DNA of 64,000 nucleotides from Azolla caroliniana (Eukaryota; Plantae; Polypodiophyta): NCBI GenBank assembly GCA_043228905.1, contig JBHGNT010000001.1, positions 6,882,001 to 6,946,000 of the forward strand, read 5' to 3'. Shown piece by piece: positions 27,422 to 39,784 of this stretch (position 1 is its first letter; each line of letters starts with the position of its first letter). The notes under the pieces were generated by a model. It saw only the letters and a program-made list of their open reading frames with translations, ran no database searches and was not told where the DNA came from. The position numbers and the translations under genes were made by a program.

Positions 27422-30357
27422 CAATATTCTTCTTTGTGATTGTGATGAAAAGAAATCAAAAAAGAAATGTAATGACCTTCATTGTTCTTGGGGAGGATCT
27501 TGGCGTTATATGAGCCTAAGAAATTTACCCTTGTATCAGTAATTTTGCCTCGTGTATATTTCTCTGGTTCTTTTTAATGCACTTCCCATTTCTACTTCGA
27601 TGAAGCTCGATATCACCTTTGAAAATATGTGGTCTGTTGTCTTTTGTAAACCAGTGACAATGGGTTTAGTTGGTTAAACAACAATAAAGGTTTAGGGTAT
27701 TAAAGTAAGATTCAGTTTTGCAAAACATAGGTCCACAACAATAAAGGTAGAGATCACAACTGCCTAGTGCCAGTTAATGACTATTATCTTAGTTTTATGG
27801 TTATATTTATGTACTTCAAAATTAGTATCATAGTAGCATCAAAGGACTACAAGCTTTGCATTGATCTAGTTGCCACTCTTTGATGATTTCCCATGGAAAT
27901 TTGTACCAGCATCATTAAGTTACTTCGCATTCAGGTGGTTTTAATCACATGATCCATATCATATGTATTATTAGACTGTCTGCACTTTATTTGCCTGTAC
28001 GCCTTGAGCACATTGGTATCTGTCATGTTATGCCATGCGTCCTCATTTGTTCTATTGATTAATCAAGTTTTGAGCCCTATTTTATGGTCGATAAACTCTG
28101 AAATCTTATCTACTTCCAACTAAATCCTAGAAATAATTTCTCAACTTAGATATGTAGGCACATTTGATTACGTTGATAGAGAGCTATTTCCATTATCTTA
28201 TATGTAACTCTCATTTGGATTAGATTATACTGATATGGATTTTGTAGCATTGCTATTGTATCCTTATTTTTAGATTGTGATAATGTCATACTTTTGAAAG
28301 TATTATATCTTCGAGGCTTATTGTATGCTTAACAACTTATAATCTCATTCTTTGAACAAATGGGTTGGATGTCTTCACTTGAACATGAACCATGTTTTTA
28401 TTATGTGAAATAGATCATCCCTATTTTACAAAACCAATCTTTTGGTCAATGAAACATGCTCAATTCTCTCGTCTTTGGGAGAGGTTCTTAGAAAGTTGTG
28501 TCATAGATACCTGGAATTTGATGGGTTCGCTTCTTAATATTCTAAGGCTGTGTATATTTGAATGTTGTACTAGTATTTAGAGGGAGACCAATTCATGCAT
28601 TTTCTAGCCATGGAGCCATATCATCATTTACAAGATCAACTTGCATTTCCATTTGTTGGGAAACGGCACCCAAAATAACAATCCTCTCTAATGTTTAAAC
28701 AAATGCATGATATAATCAAGATATGCATTGTATCATCGACTTGCTTAAAAATAAGGAAGCTAGGGACATGCACCCTTAATAGTATATACATATATTAGAA
28801 TTGAAGTGGCTGACATCCATGTGTTAGGAGCAAAAATGACCCAAGGGTAAATTGGTCTTGATAATGGTCTTTCTTGTCTATATGAATCACTTCATGGTCT
28901 TTGGGAATACTCAAAATCTTCAATTTCCATCCAAATATTTACCATTTATGTGTAGACTTACATCGATGCGTCAAACCATTGGTTGCATTGTTCTCTTTTC
29001 AGGGTCCAATGTTGGGCTCTATGGAATCTCTAGATTATTCATGTTGAGCAAGTTTTCAGCAATAACCTAGTTCTCGTCCTAGTAGCAGTGATTTAGGTTT
29101 CCACGTGAAGGGTAGGCATATTTATGCCCCTAACTTTGGAATGTATCATCGCCTATATGTGCACGTTAAGTTGAACCTTTGTTTTGTCATTAACTCTATA
29201 TCAATTTGATAGTTACCCAATGCATTATCCACATTGTTGTTACATGTTGTGGGACATTTCTTACTTCTATAGTAATGTTGCATGAAAAACAAAAGAAGGA
29301 AGGCAAGAGTCTCAAATACTTTGACAAGAAAAATAACGCTCTTCAAAGTCTTTGAATACTTCAAGACAAATGATGCTCTTTAAAATCCATTTTAAATTAT
29401 GAGGTGGGTTTCATTACTGTTATATGAGACATGATACACAACGTTGAGGTTAGGAATGGTAGTGGTAATCTAAAATATGAACATCCTTAGCTTGTGGGGG
29501 TTAGAGCTTAGTTTTGAACTTTAAAAGCCAGACAAGTTGTTAGGTATAGAATCAATTCATCGAAAGGAAAGTATGAAAATTAACCATTGTACTACATGGG
29601 TAACATTGATTATATGTTTACATGAAATATCACTTTATGCACGTTTTCAAAAAGTGGATAGACTTCCAATTTGAAATGATCATCATGATATCCAATTTTG
29701 TAAAACCACTCTTCCTCCCAAAAACAATAATTTATTAGTAGGTTGTCCTTTGAGAACACGTTCGTTATCATTAACCATCATTCAATGCATGAGTAGTGAA
29801 AGTAATTGAGATTTAATCTTGAGCCAATCATGAAATAAATCACTAATGATTAAACCATGTTTGTTATCAATCACCAGTGTTAATTAATCACAACCACATA
29901 CATCGAACACCAACTTTTATAATTAAGTTGAGTTAAGGTGGTACTACCAATACGAATCAATGCACTAGTTAGTCTAATTACGATTTGGGTGATGGGACCA
30001 CGGAAGTAGACTCCCTTATTTACTCACTATAGAATAAATGGGATTCGAGTGGGGGGTGCAAAAGAAGGTGATCACGGACAATAATTACTTGTGGTTTGGG
30101 GCATCATGATTGATTGTCATGGTGGAGAACCACACACCATGTTTTTTTCTCATTGTGTTCTTACCTTCTTGAGTTTGTGTCAGAGCTCATTAAGTAACCT
30201 TACATTGTGTGGGGGATACATGCCTTGGCCTTTATAAAAGGAGGTTAGATTGGTTTTGAAGTACAACTAGGTCTTTTTATATTTATATTTAAGTGGGCCC
30301 AATTGTTGGATATTGAGATGCATGCACTAGGGAAGGGGTGCCATTTAGGCTACTTAG

Positions 30358-30769
30358 TACCAATCGGCAACGATTTGGTTTCAATCGAACTGAACCGTGA
30401 AACTGCGGCTTAGTGGTTTAAACGGTTTGGTTCAATTCAGGTTCAAGTTTCGGTTCGGTTTTAACAATTTGGAATTGTGGTTAAATGGTTTAACGGTTTG
30501 ATGTTTTTAAAATATTTTTTTAAAAATTGATTTATTTTGATTTAAAACAACCTTTTCATTTTAAAGCCTAATTCTCACATTTTAGGAAAAATCTTTAAAA
30601 TTTTGAAATAATGAAAAATTTTAAATTTGAATTTTAACCTAAATTGAAAACCAAGACCGAACCACGAAACTGTGGGTTTAACGGTTTTGTGGTTTAGTTC
30701 AGGTTTCAAAAATTTTAAATAGTTTGGTTTGGACACTCTTGAACTGAACCGAACTATTGCCAATTGTTA
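30358..30769. mobile_element. hAT-type MITE (412 bp)
   Basis: 8-bp TSD CTACTTAG at 30350-30357 and 30770-30777. Imperfect TIRs TACCAATCGGCAA / TTGCCAATTGTTA. Subterminal AACCG/CGGTT repeats. Confidence 0.85.
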
Positions 30770-32847
30770 CTACTTAGGGTGGCATTCTTGTAGGTAGGGA
30801 AATTGGATGGGGATACATTTCTTTGAGAGTGGAGAATTCCCTAGGGAGTGTCACATCAACCTAAAAGAAACAAACAAATTGTAAAAAATAGGTTGATTTG
30901 TCTTTGACAACTCAAGGTGGATACATGCATTTCTTTTTGGCATTTTATAATAAAGAATTAGAGTTTTATGTGAACATAACCAATTTATATATGTAGAATG
31001 CACAAGCAAATTGTTATCAGATCTATGGGGTAAGTAACAACAAACTCGACACTTTGGTGAAGAGAACATCTTTGAGTGACTCTAATTATCCAAGTTCCAA
31101 GCTTGAAAATACAAAAGTTAGAGTAGGCATTGGGACACGATTAGCATAACGAGGACAATGACATTGTACACCTCTCAAGGAATTAAATTCTTATTCATCT
31201 CTAAATTATGAAAAATCAAACATCTCCTCATCACCTCAATCATTTGTCGAAAGTTATTCCGATTATGTCATTAAGATTTTTAGAAGGTTTCAAGCTTGTG
31301 GTCAATAACATTATGCAAATTCGTTGCTTGAACCGTGACAAATCAAACATCTACTCCTCGTCATCGCGTTCTTTGGCAATCGAAAATGATTTGGGTTGAA
31401 AATATCATTGACATTCGGAAACATGGGGGTCGGCTTATGAAAAACTGGTTACTTTCATTCATCATTCTTAATTGTCACTTTCATTCATAAATCTTAATTG
31501 CCATTTTCATCCATCATTCTTTACCCTATGCGACATTTTTTGGATATAGTATTGTGGGTATGTCTAGTCCTGCCCTTAGTGATTGTATAAATACCAACCT
31601 TTTGATGATGAATCTTCTTCAATACTCCACATCTTCAAGATCATATTTCCCACCATGTTAGAAAAAAAGTTGTTTTTCCATGAATCCAATCATTCATGTA
31701 AACTCATTCTATTTTAGAACTTGCATATTTAGTTGTGGGTGAATTTGAAGTTGTCTATTTACACTCACACGAATTACAATTTCGGATTATTGACCACAAT
31801 GTATAAAAGCTGAAAATGTTGCATAGACAAACATCTCTACTTTATTGTTGACATTTCCTCCCTCCCCTTACTTTGACATAATGCGCGTCTTTCAAATCTT
31901 AAGCAAACGCTTCGATGTGTTGCACTCCCAAGATTGTTCCGCACTCCCTGCGTATAGATCAAGATTTGATCTGAAATAATTTGATGTGTTGCTCACACAT
32001 TCATATACAAGTTTCAAGAGCATGATCGAGGCAAAAATATGCTTTCTTTCGTATAGTTTAATATAGTCTCAAGAAATGTGATGGATCAAGAAAAGCTCCT
32101 AGTGTTCGAACCGCATGATTGATTGCGCAGGGCCAAGAATTCTCGTGTGCCCCAACGATAGACATTAACATGATCACGGACCTAGGATAAATATTAATAT
32201 TATCACGAACCTAGCATAAACATTAACATTATCACGAACATGAGGTCGACGGTTTTAGACACTTTTTCATGGCCACTTCGAGAGTCAAAAACTTATTGAG
32301 ACTCTCCTTTTCTTTTTGTAAATGGTGCAAATACATGGGGATGGATCAAATTGTACGCAAAAAAACATTTCGTTGTGACAACGTCATTGATTATTCGATG
32401 GGAATATGCGGATGCCTCGAAAGAATTAAGACATGTTTCGCCAATAGATTAATATATATATATATATAAAGAAGCTCTCCTTTATGATCTATGAATTATA
32501 AAGAAAAAAACAAGAAAGAAAGGCGAAAAGGGAATTGTCATACAAAAAACAAGGTGGTCTTTTGACTTGGCGGCATTTTGAATAGTCATGTAAAATGTGT
32601 TAGTCGTTCACCACCACATACCATGTTATATCCATTTGTATATAAGTAAGTGTGTGTGTGCGTATAAAAATATATATAAGGTCCTTATGACTCCTTATAA
32701 CTAAACCCAAAGAAACATCACTTCTTGTATTACTATTATAAGCTAGCTGGAAATATAAGGAGCTAAGTTGCATATAGCTATCTCCCCTCAACTACTTTAA
32801 GCAAAGAGAATCATATAGTTATCCCCCCAAGCACTTACTACCATAGA

Positions 32848-34356
32848 ATGGTGGCCCAGAATTGTTGGGAAGAATACCTGGCTAATGCGCACAGTGCAGT
32901 GCCAATGGACCCTTGGGATACCAACCTTCAACTCTTCGATGTCTTGGTCGATAACGACGACGGATCGGGCAGCTTGTGGACTCGGTTGCGCCGGCTTTTC
33001 GGGAACACGAAGAGCAGCAAAGCGGTAGTGCCTAGCAAAGTCGCAAGGGTTGGCTCCTTGCTCGAACTAGGGGACATTATCGTTGCGAACGAACAAGTTA
33101 ATGGAACCTCGTGGAGGATGAATGTGGAGAATGCTATCTATGAGGGCTTATCCAGATTGTTCGATGAAGAAAACATCGAATTTGGGTCGAAACGGCATGA
33201 CCTTGCTATGGTACCAGATAAATCATCGACCACAGGCCTAACAGCCCCCATGGACACAATAATGACAAGTGTGCAGGATTGGTTCAAGAAACAAAGCCTT
33301 CCGGACATCAACACATCCATCACATCCTCATCCTCATTGTTGGGCTCGTTGGGTCTTGTATCGAGCTCGGCCTCGGCCCAGTTCGATGCCATGGACAGTA
33401 AGACCGTCAAGTGCAATGTGATGGGTGTGATATCGAATCGGGTGAATGTCGATGCATTGATGAAGCTTGTGGGCATGGGTAATAGCACAACCAAGTGGAA
33501 GCCGGACATATCACAACCCCGACTCCAATGGTCTCTCAAAAGGTAATTGATTTCATTCAAATCTTGTCCTGCTTCCCAAGACAACTATTATGAACAAGAA
33601 AGAACATAGAAGGTTTGGATTATGGGCATAGAACTTGATTCGCATAGGGACTATGTTAAGGAAAGACATTGTTGGTTTCAACAATGGGTTGCTTTAGATT
33701 CTCTTCCCAACATATATGTCATTACAAAATAACATAACCTAACTATGAGGCCATATACATAGCATATAACCTTCCTTCAAATATAAGGTTACAAAACTAT
33801 CTTCTATTATATGTTTTAATGACATTCCTTGTAGAATTAATTTACTAAAATGTGTTCCATACTGCATAAATTGCATGTGTGCTAACTATTCCAACTATGC
33901 AGGGGGCAGAGGACATTCTGGATCATTACGGAGATAATGTGCGCGAACAAAATTGAAATCGAGGCGGTGAAATCACGGAAAGCGGACGCGAAAGCGAGCG
34001 TGAAGCTCCAAGGGGGTGCTGTTAGTGTTGGGGATGGGAGTAGTGGAATTAGTAGTGACAAGGATGTGAGGTGGAGTGTATCTTCTTCTTCTACCTCCTC
34101 CTCTTTCCCATTTGCATTCAAAGCACTTAGAGTGGCTTATGACAACAATGGAGACCTCATTTCCACACAATCACTCACCAAAAGCCAATCACTCAAGAAG
34201 GATAGCACCACCCAATCCTCTTATCATGACTACATTAATTCTGTTAATAAACCATACCATATGTCCCTTAGTCACCAGAAAGTTAACACTAATCAATCCT
34301 TTGATAATCACCAGCTTGCCATCCCCAACCCATCTTTTGATACTACTACTAATTAA
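32848..34356 (+). CDS. Putative gasdermin-like pore-forming protein, 2 exons join(32848..33542,33903..34356), 382 aa
   Basis: Donor AG|GTAATT at 33542/33543, branch-like GCTAAC at 33881, acceptor TGCAG|G at 33902/33903. Splicing joins the two ORFs in frame (...LQWSLKR-GQRTFWIITEI-MCANKIEIE...). Motif order matches gasdermin N-terminal domains (see findings). The gene model is more certain than the family call. Confidence 0.72.
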
Positions 34357-35774
34357 CCTGCTCAGTCTACACCTAGCTAATCTAGTGCTGTAAGACCTTG
34401 TACTAATCATGTATGTTTAGTTCCTTGGACAATTTTTGATGCGGTAAGACATACAACAATTTGTCTGATGCCATGCTCATACATCAATCATTATCATGTG
34501 TCCTTCTTCCATTGTAATGAGATTGACAATGCATGGGAGGGAATCCTCAATGGAAATAGCATTCAAGGAAATTATCTTTACTAAGTATGCCGAGTTAATT
34601 TTATGCTTGGACAACAAGAAATGAATAGGAATTACTAGTATGCGAGCTTTTATTCCCCTTGTCAAATATTTTCAAATGACTAAGTTAAAAGATTTCTCCA
34701 ACATATTTTAGGCACCATTACTAGTCATGCACATGTGTCAACATTATCTTGTTTTGGTCATAGTGAGAGCATTTGGACCATAAGTAAAAGGGACTTCACT
34801 TGCTTTGTCTTCATAAACTCGAAGAGAAGGTCTTGTTGTGAGGTGCATACATATGTATATGGTTGCTACACTAATTATGCAACAAGAATGTATTTTTGAA
34901 GACTCCCGTAATTTGGGAAAAAAAAAATGTCTTCAATGTTTCTTAGAATCAATGATCTTAAGGAGGAACCTCTTATTGCATGGGGTGCATGCATTGGTTC
35001 ATCATGCCATGTGTCCTTTGAGGCCATCCCATTACAATATGCCTCACCCATGTCCATTTGTTGTGTCCTCGAATTCGGCATTACTGACTTGAAGGTTTGG
35101 ACTTCATTAGATTTGAGGTTACCATATGTAATGATAATCTCATTTGCTTATATGTCAGAGAATGATTGATTGTACAAAAGAAGAGGGGTTGTAGTGGAGG
35201 ATTCCTTAAAGTATAGTGTTGAATCAATTAAGAGATTTGATGCACATCCCCAGCCAATCAAGTGTAACACTATTCATTGAAATGATCATATACTTATAAA
35301 GATTACCATCCATTTTCAATACCTCAATTGAACCTAAGGCCTCAATTGAACCTAAGTACAATACCGAGGCTTTCTGATGGAAGCTATATGTGATCAAGTA
35401 TAGCACCATTGAATCAAACTAAAAGTATCACCAAAATGAGTTCTTAATGGTAGTAAGAAGGAGAGCATTGTAAAGACCTCACATTAAATGGTTGAGATAA
35501 CAACGTCATCCGATAGTGCACACCCTCTTTGCAAGCACACTCTCTTTAGGACACATTTGATTGTCAAAGTTCACTAGATACTTAATGGAAGTGGATACTT
35601 TAATATCCCACTCACTCTCCCATCATCATTACATTCATATGAAATTCTATATGTACTTGTGTAAAGTGTTGATCGTGTAGTTGATTATATGTTTATTATT
35701 CTAGATTTATTCTTACACTCAATTTTCTCTCATTTTAATAATATTATGGTTTGGTTTTATGATTCTCTCACTCT

Positions 35775-36866
35775 TTCTCTCTTCTTCTTTTTTCGTAAAT
35801 AATGGCTTTCATTACGAAAGAAAAAACACCACCATGACTAACTTTCTACAAAGTATAGAACCCTTGTATCAGGGCTCTAAAGACTACTACGACTCCAAAC
35901 TCAATGCCACCCTACACACCAATTCAAATGGTGAATATGATGATATGTGACATTGCAACATTCTCTCTCTCTTCTTGGTTGAGATTTCATGACTTCTCTA
36001 GCATTCTCAATTGCCACAAAAGAAGTCCATTTAACATTAGAACATATTTTCTCACCCCAACTAGCGAATAAAAAATGAAGGCATTCCGCATATTCCAATT
36101 GAACCATAGCCCCCAATACGTCAAGAACTCAAAAATAATTTTAAAATGAGGCATTGGTTCATTTTTCTCCATATGTGCAAAAACCCAACTGAAGGAAGAT
36201 AGACTTACTCCGGTTAGAGACATCTACACTAAACTGATACACCTCCAAACCAGGCTTGCCATCGGACATGAAATAAATCGATGCCTACTATGTTCCAATT
36301 CCATCGAACAAAAGAAACATGATCCTTTAGTAATGTTTCTTTTTTTTAATGCATCACCATATGGTAAAACTCCATCCTTGACTCTCCGAATAAATACCGT
36401 GGCTCGTAGCATCAATTGAGAACACTAACTTGCCTTGATCACATGAAGCCATCAAGTAATGGACTTATGAAAACCCCATATCTTTATAACCCTTTCTTCC
36501 AACCACTTATGTTTGTCAATCAACTTGTGATAAGCAACATTTGTTGAGATAATAGTCAATCTCTTATTTCCAACAAACCTCCAATCAAGCTCTTGAGATT
36601 GTCCATCTAAAGAAATTGCTCATACGAAGATAATATTTGTTGCAACTTATCCCAAATAAAGGTATAACCTTTTGGAATACGAAATGTTGATCTTATTGTT
36701 CGAAAAACCGTTAAGCTTCTTTATGACACCAACATAGCATCCTTAATTGTTATCAAACCCAATCTAGCCATCCGATTAAATTGAAGGTTAAGAATTTGTT
36801 TACCTTCCCACCCTAACAACCTTGATGTCGCCAAAACCTCCATTTGTAATGAATTGGCACATCCCC
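35775..36866 (-). mobile_element. LINE 3' part (zf-RVT region), interrupted at 36867 by an LTR-type insertion
   Basis: GVLPYGDALKKR...CFFCSMELEHSRHRFISCPMASLVW zinc-binding motif. Homologous to the LINE at 15.4-17.0 kb. Confidence 0.8.
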
Positions 36867-37255
36867 TGTCACGACCACACCAACCGCGGACTACGACAGA
36901 GCACGAACGATGAGGCTATGATTGATAAGGTTACGAATGTGGAATAGGAAGTGACAAGGCTAGGAACTCTAGAAGTTGTGCATGATGAGAACATGAACTT
37001 AGGAAGCTATGGAGAGCATGAAGACATAGATAAAGAAGGAGACAATATGACATGAAACAAGAATACTACATTGATATGCCAATGACTGGTGTTGAATCCC
37101 TTGAAAGGGACCAAGGAGGTTACAAGCATTTATATTGTGAGTCAAAGTACATGCATTAGAATATTCGGGAGAATATTGTAGAACCCACTAGAACCTTCTA
37201 GTTCTAGAACTTTCTAAAAACTCCTTGAACTTGAAATAAATAATCTACTAAGATA

Positions 37256-37847
37256 TGTTAGGATCTCGGTCCCTCCGGATGGGATACAAAGGCCTGGCAT
37301 CGGAAGACCCGGTGAGAACCGGATGTTGCAGACCCGGTGAGAACCGGATGACAAGTACCCGGCAAGGAAGACCCGGTGAGAACCTCTCATCGGATGGAAG
37401 GGACATATATGTAAATATGTTCCAGAGAGCCCACTGGGGCTATATTTGTAAATAGCCCGAAATTCATATTAGTATAAATATGACCTAGGGCAAACTCAAT
37501 AAAAGAGGTGGATAGAGTTATTGGTGTAACTTCCATACAACGCGTAAGAGAGGGAGAGAGAGAGCGATATATAGAGATTGTGTCTTTGTTGTAACCGTCG
37601 CTAGGCGAAGATTGTGAGCAAGATGTCGTTGCCTCTGTGCTCCATGGTGTATTACTTGACATAGTGATAGTTTGGAGTCTGTGGATTCCCGTGGTTTTTC
37701 CCTCTCAGGGTTTTCCACGTTAATATCTTGTGTATTCTCTTTCTGTTTTGTGTACTTACCTCCATTCCCATTTCTTCTGTGTTTGATTGTCATCAAGTGA
37801 TCTACGCTTCGGTTGTGGCTGGAGATTATTCTGCATATTTCTCTTCA
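37256..37847 (+). mobile_element. Solo LTR (592 bp) inserted into the left LTR of the element above
   Basis: TG...CA ends, 5-bp TSD AGATA (37251-37255, 37848-37852), internal TATAAAT and AATAAA. The empty site is visible in the right LTR copy at ~39737. Confidence 0.88.
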
Positions 37848-37990
37848 AGATATACATATTATATGACTATATATTTGGACGTGTTGGTTAGAACACAGTT
37901 ACACTTGACTATATATAAGAGGTCAAGAGTTCAAATCTTGACATGACTGTTGTCATGTCCGTGACATTATCCACCCCTTTACGATCACCT

Positions 37991-38910
37991 TTTCGAAAGC
38001 GTCATGGTGCAAGGGTGAGGTGAAGTACAAAACCAGAGTGGATGGATGATTGAGCGTGTCCTCACCAGAAATAGGATCAGGAACGAATGTGGGTGATCGT
38101 GTGAGGTTCTCACTAGAGACTGGAACATCGACGGGCGTGAGTGACAATGCACGACCACCATTTCGAAAGCGTCATGGTGCAAGGGTGAGATGAAGTACAA
38201 AACCAGAGTGGATGGATGATTGAGCGAGTCCTCACCAGAAATAGGAATAGGAACGAAAGTGGGTGACCATGTGAGGTTCTCACTAGAGACTGGAACATCG
38301 ATGGGCGTGAGCGACAATGTGCAGTCCTCACCGGGGATTGGAACATCAACGTGAGCGTGAGCAACCACGTTTGGTCCTCACCGGAGACTGGAACACCAAC
38401 GTGAGTGTGAGTGACCATGTATGGTCCTCACCGGGAACCGGAACACCAACGAGCATGAGCGACCATGTGTGGTCCTCACCGGAGATAGGAACACCAATGG
38501 ACATGAGCGACCATGTGCGGTCCTCACCGTGAACTGGAACACCAACGAGCGTGAGCGACCATGTACAGTCCTCACCAGAGACACAGACACCAACGGGTGT
38601 GAGAGACCATGTACGGTCCTCACTGGAGACACGAACACCTACGGGCATGAGAGACCATGTCGGTCCTCATTGAGAGTTGGAACACGAACACCAACGGGTG
38701 CAAGTGACCATGTGTGGTTCTCACCGGGAATTGGAACACGAACAACAACGGGCATGAGCGACCATGTTGGTCCTCGTCGAGATCTAGAACACGAACAATA
38801 GTTGGAGTGAGCGACATGTGCGGTCCTCACCGGAGACTGGAACATGAATGGGAGTGAGCGACCATGTGCAACCCTCATCGAAAACACGAACGGGTGTGAG
38901 CAACCATGCG
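37991..38910. repeat. Internal tandem array: 170-bp duplication (37991, 38161) followed by ~12 copies of a 48(-54)-bp unit GACCATGTGCGGTCCTCACCGGAGACTGGAACACCAACGGGCGTGAGC
   Basis: Directly visible periodicity. The 16-aa repeats in several ORF-track frames follow from it. Confidence 0.9.
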
Positions 38911-39784
38911 GCCCTCGCCGAAACCCACACAATCCCCACCACGAAAGTGAGTGGTTGTGAACCCTAGCAAAAATAGAAGGTGAGCGATTAAGAAATCGGT
39001 CCTCACCAACAGAAAGTGGAGCGAGACTTAAACTATAACGAAAATGCAGTGCAAGCGAGCAATGATCCAATCCCCACCAGGAAAGTGAGCAGTTGTGACC
39101 CCCACCAGAATTGGGAAGGTGAGCAATCGAAAGCACTCCTCACCAAAACCGTGATGCAAAATGATACCTAAAAATGATGACAAGTAGTGTTGATGACGCC
39201 GATGGTTGGGTGAAGAGGTGCTAAAAATGATGACTTTGAAGACAATGATGTTGATGACGGTAATTCCGGAAGCAAGGACGGTGATGATGGTAACTCTAGA
39301 AGCAAAGGCGATGACGAAGATGAGTGTAGCTTCCAGCTGGAAGGGATTCAAACGGTCACGGACACACAATTGTGGACTACGACAGAGCAAAGATGACGAG
39401 GCTATGATCGATAAGGTTACGAATGTGGAATAGGAAGTGACAAGGCTAGGAACTCTAGAAGTTGTGCATGATGAGAACATGAAATTAGGAAGCTATGGAG
39501 AGCACGAAGACATAGATAAAGAAGGAGACAATATGACATGAAACAAGAATACTACATTGATATGTCAATGACTGGTGTTGAATCCCTTGAAAGGGACCAA
39601 GGAGGTTACAAGTATTTATATTGTGAGTCAAAGTACATGCATTAGAATATTCGGGAGAATATTCTAGAATCCACTAGAACCTTCTAGTTCTAGAACTTTC
39701 TAAAAACTCCTAGAACTTGAAATAGATAATCTATTAAGATATATATTACATGACCATATATTTTGACGTGTTGGTTAGAACACA

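Larger units (their letters stand above)
36867..39784. mobile_element. Non-autonomous LTR-type element: left LTR 36867-37943 (TGTCA...TGACA, interrupted by a solo LTR), internal tandem array, truncated right LTR ~39354-39784
   Basis: About 430 bp of near-identical direct repeat at 36867 and 39354. No gag/pol recognised internally. Confidence 0.75.

Noticed and set aside
33138-33584. 148-aa minus-strand ORF and other ORFs overlapping 33882-34410
   Set aside because: Antisense or alternative-frame shadows of the gasdermin-like exons with no recognisable motifs.
38270-38910. CRISPR-like array
   Set aside because: Whole units repeat with no unique spacers, there are no cas genes, and the array lies inside an LTR element in a eukaryotic genome.
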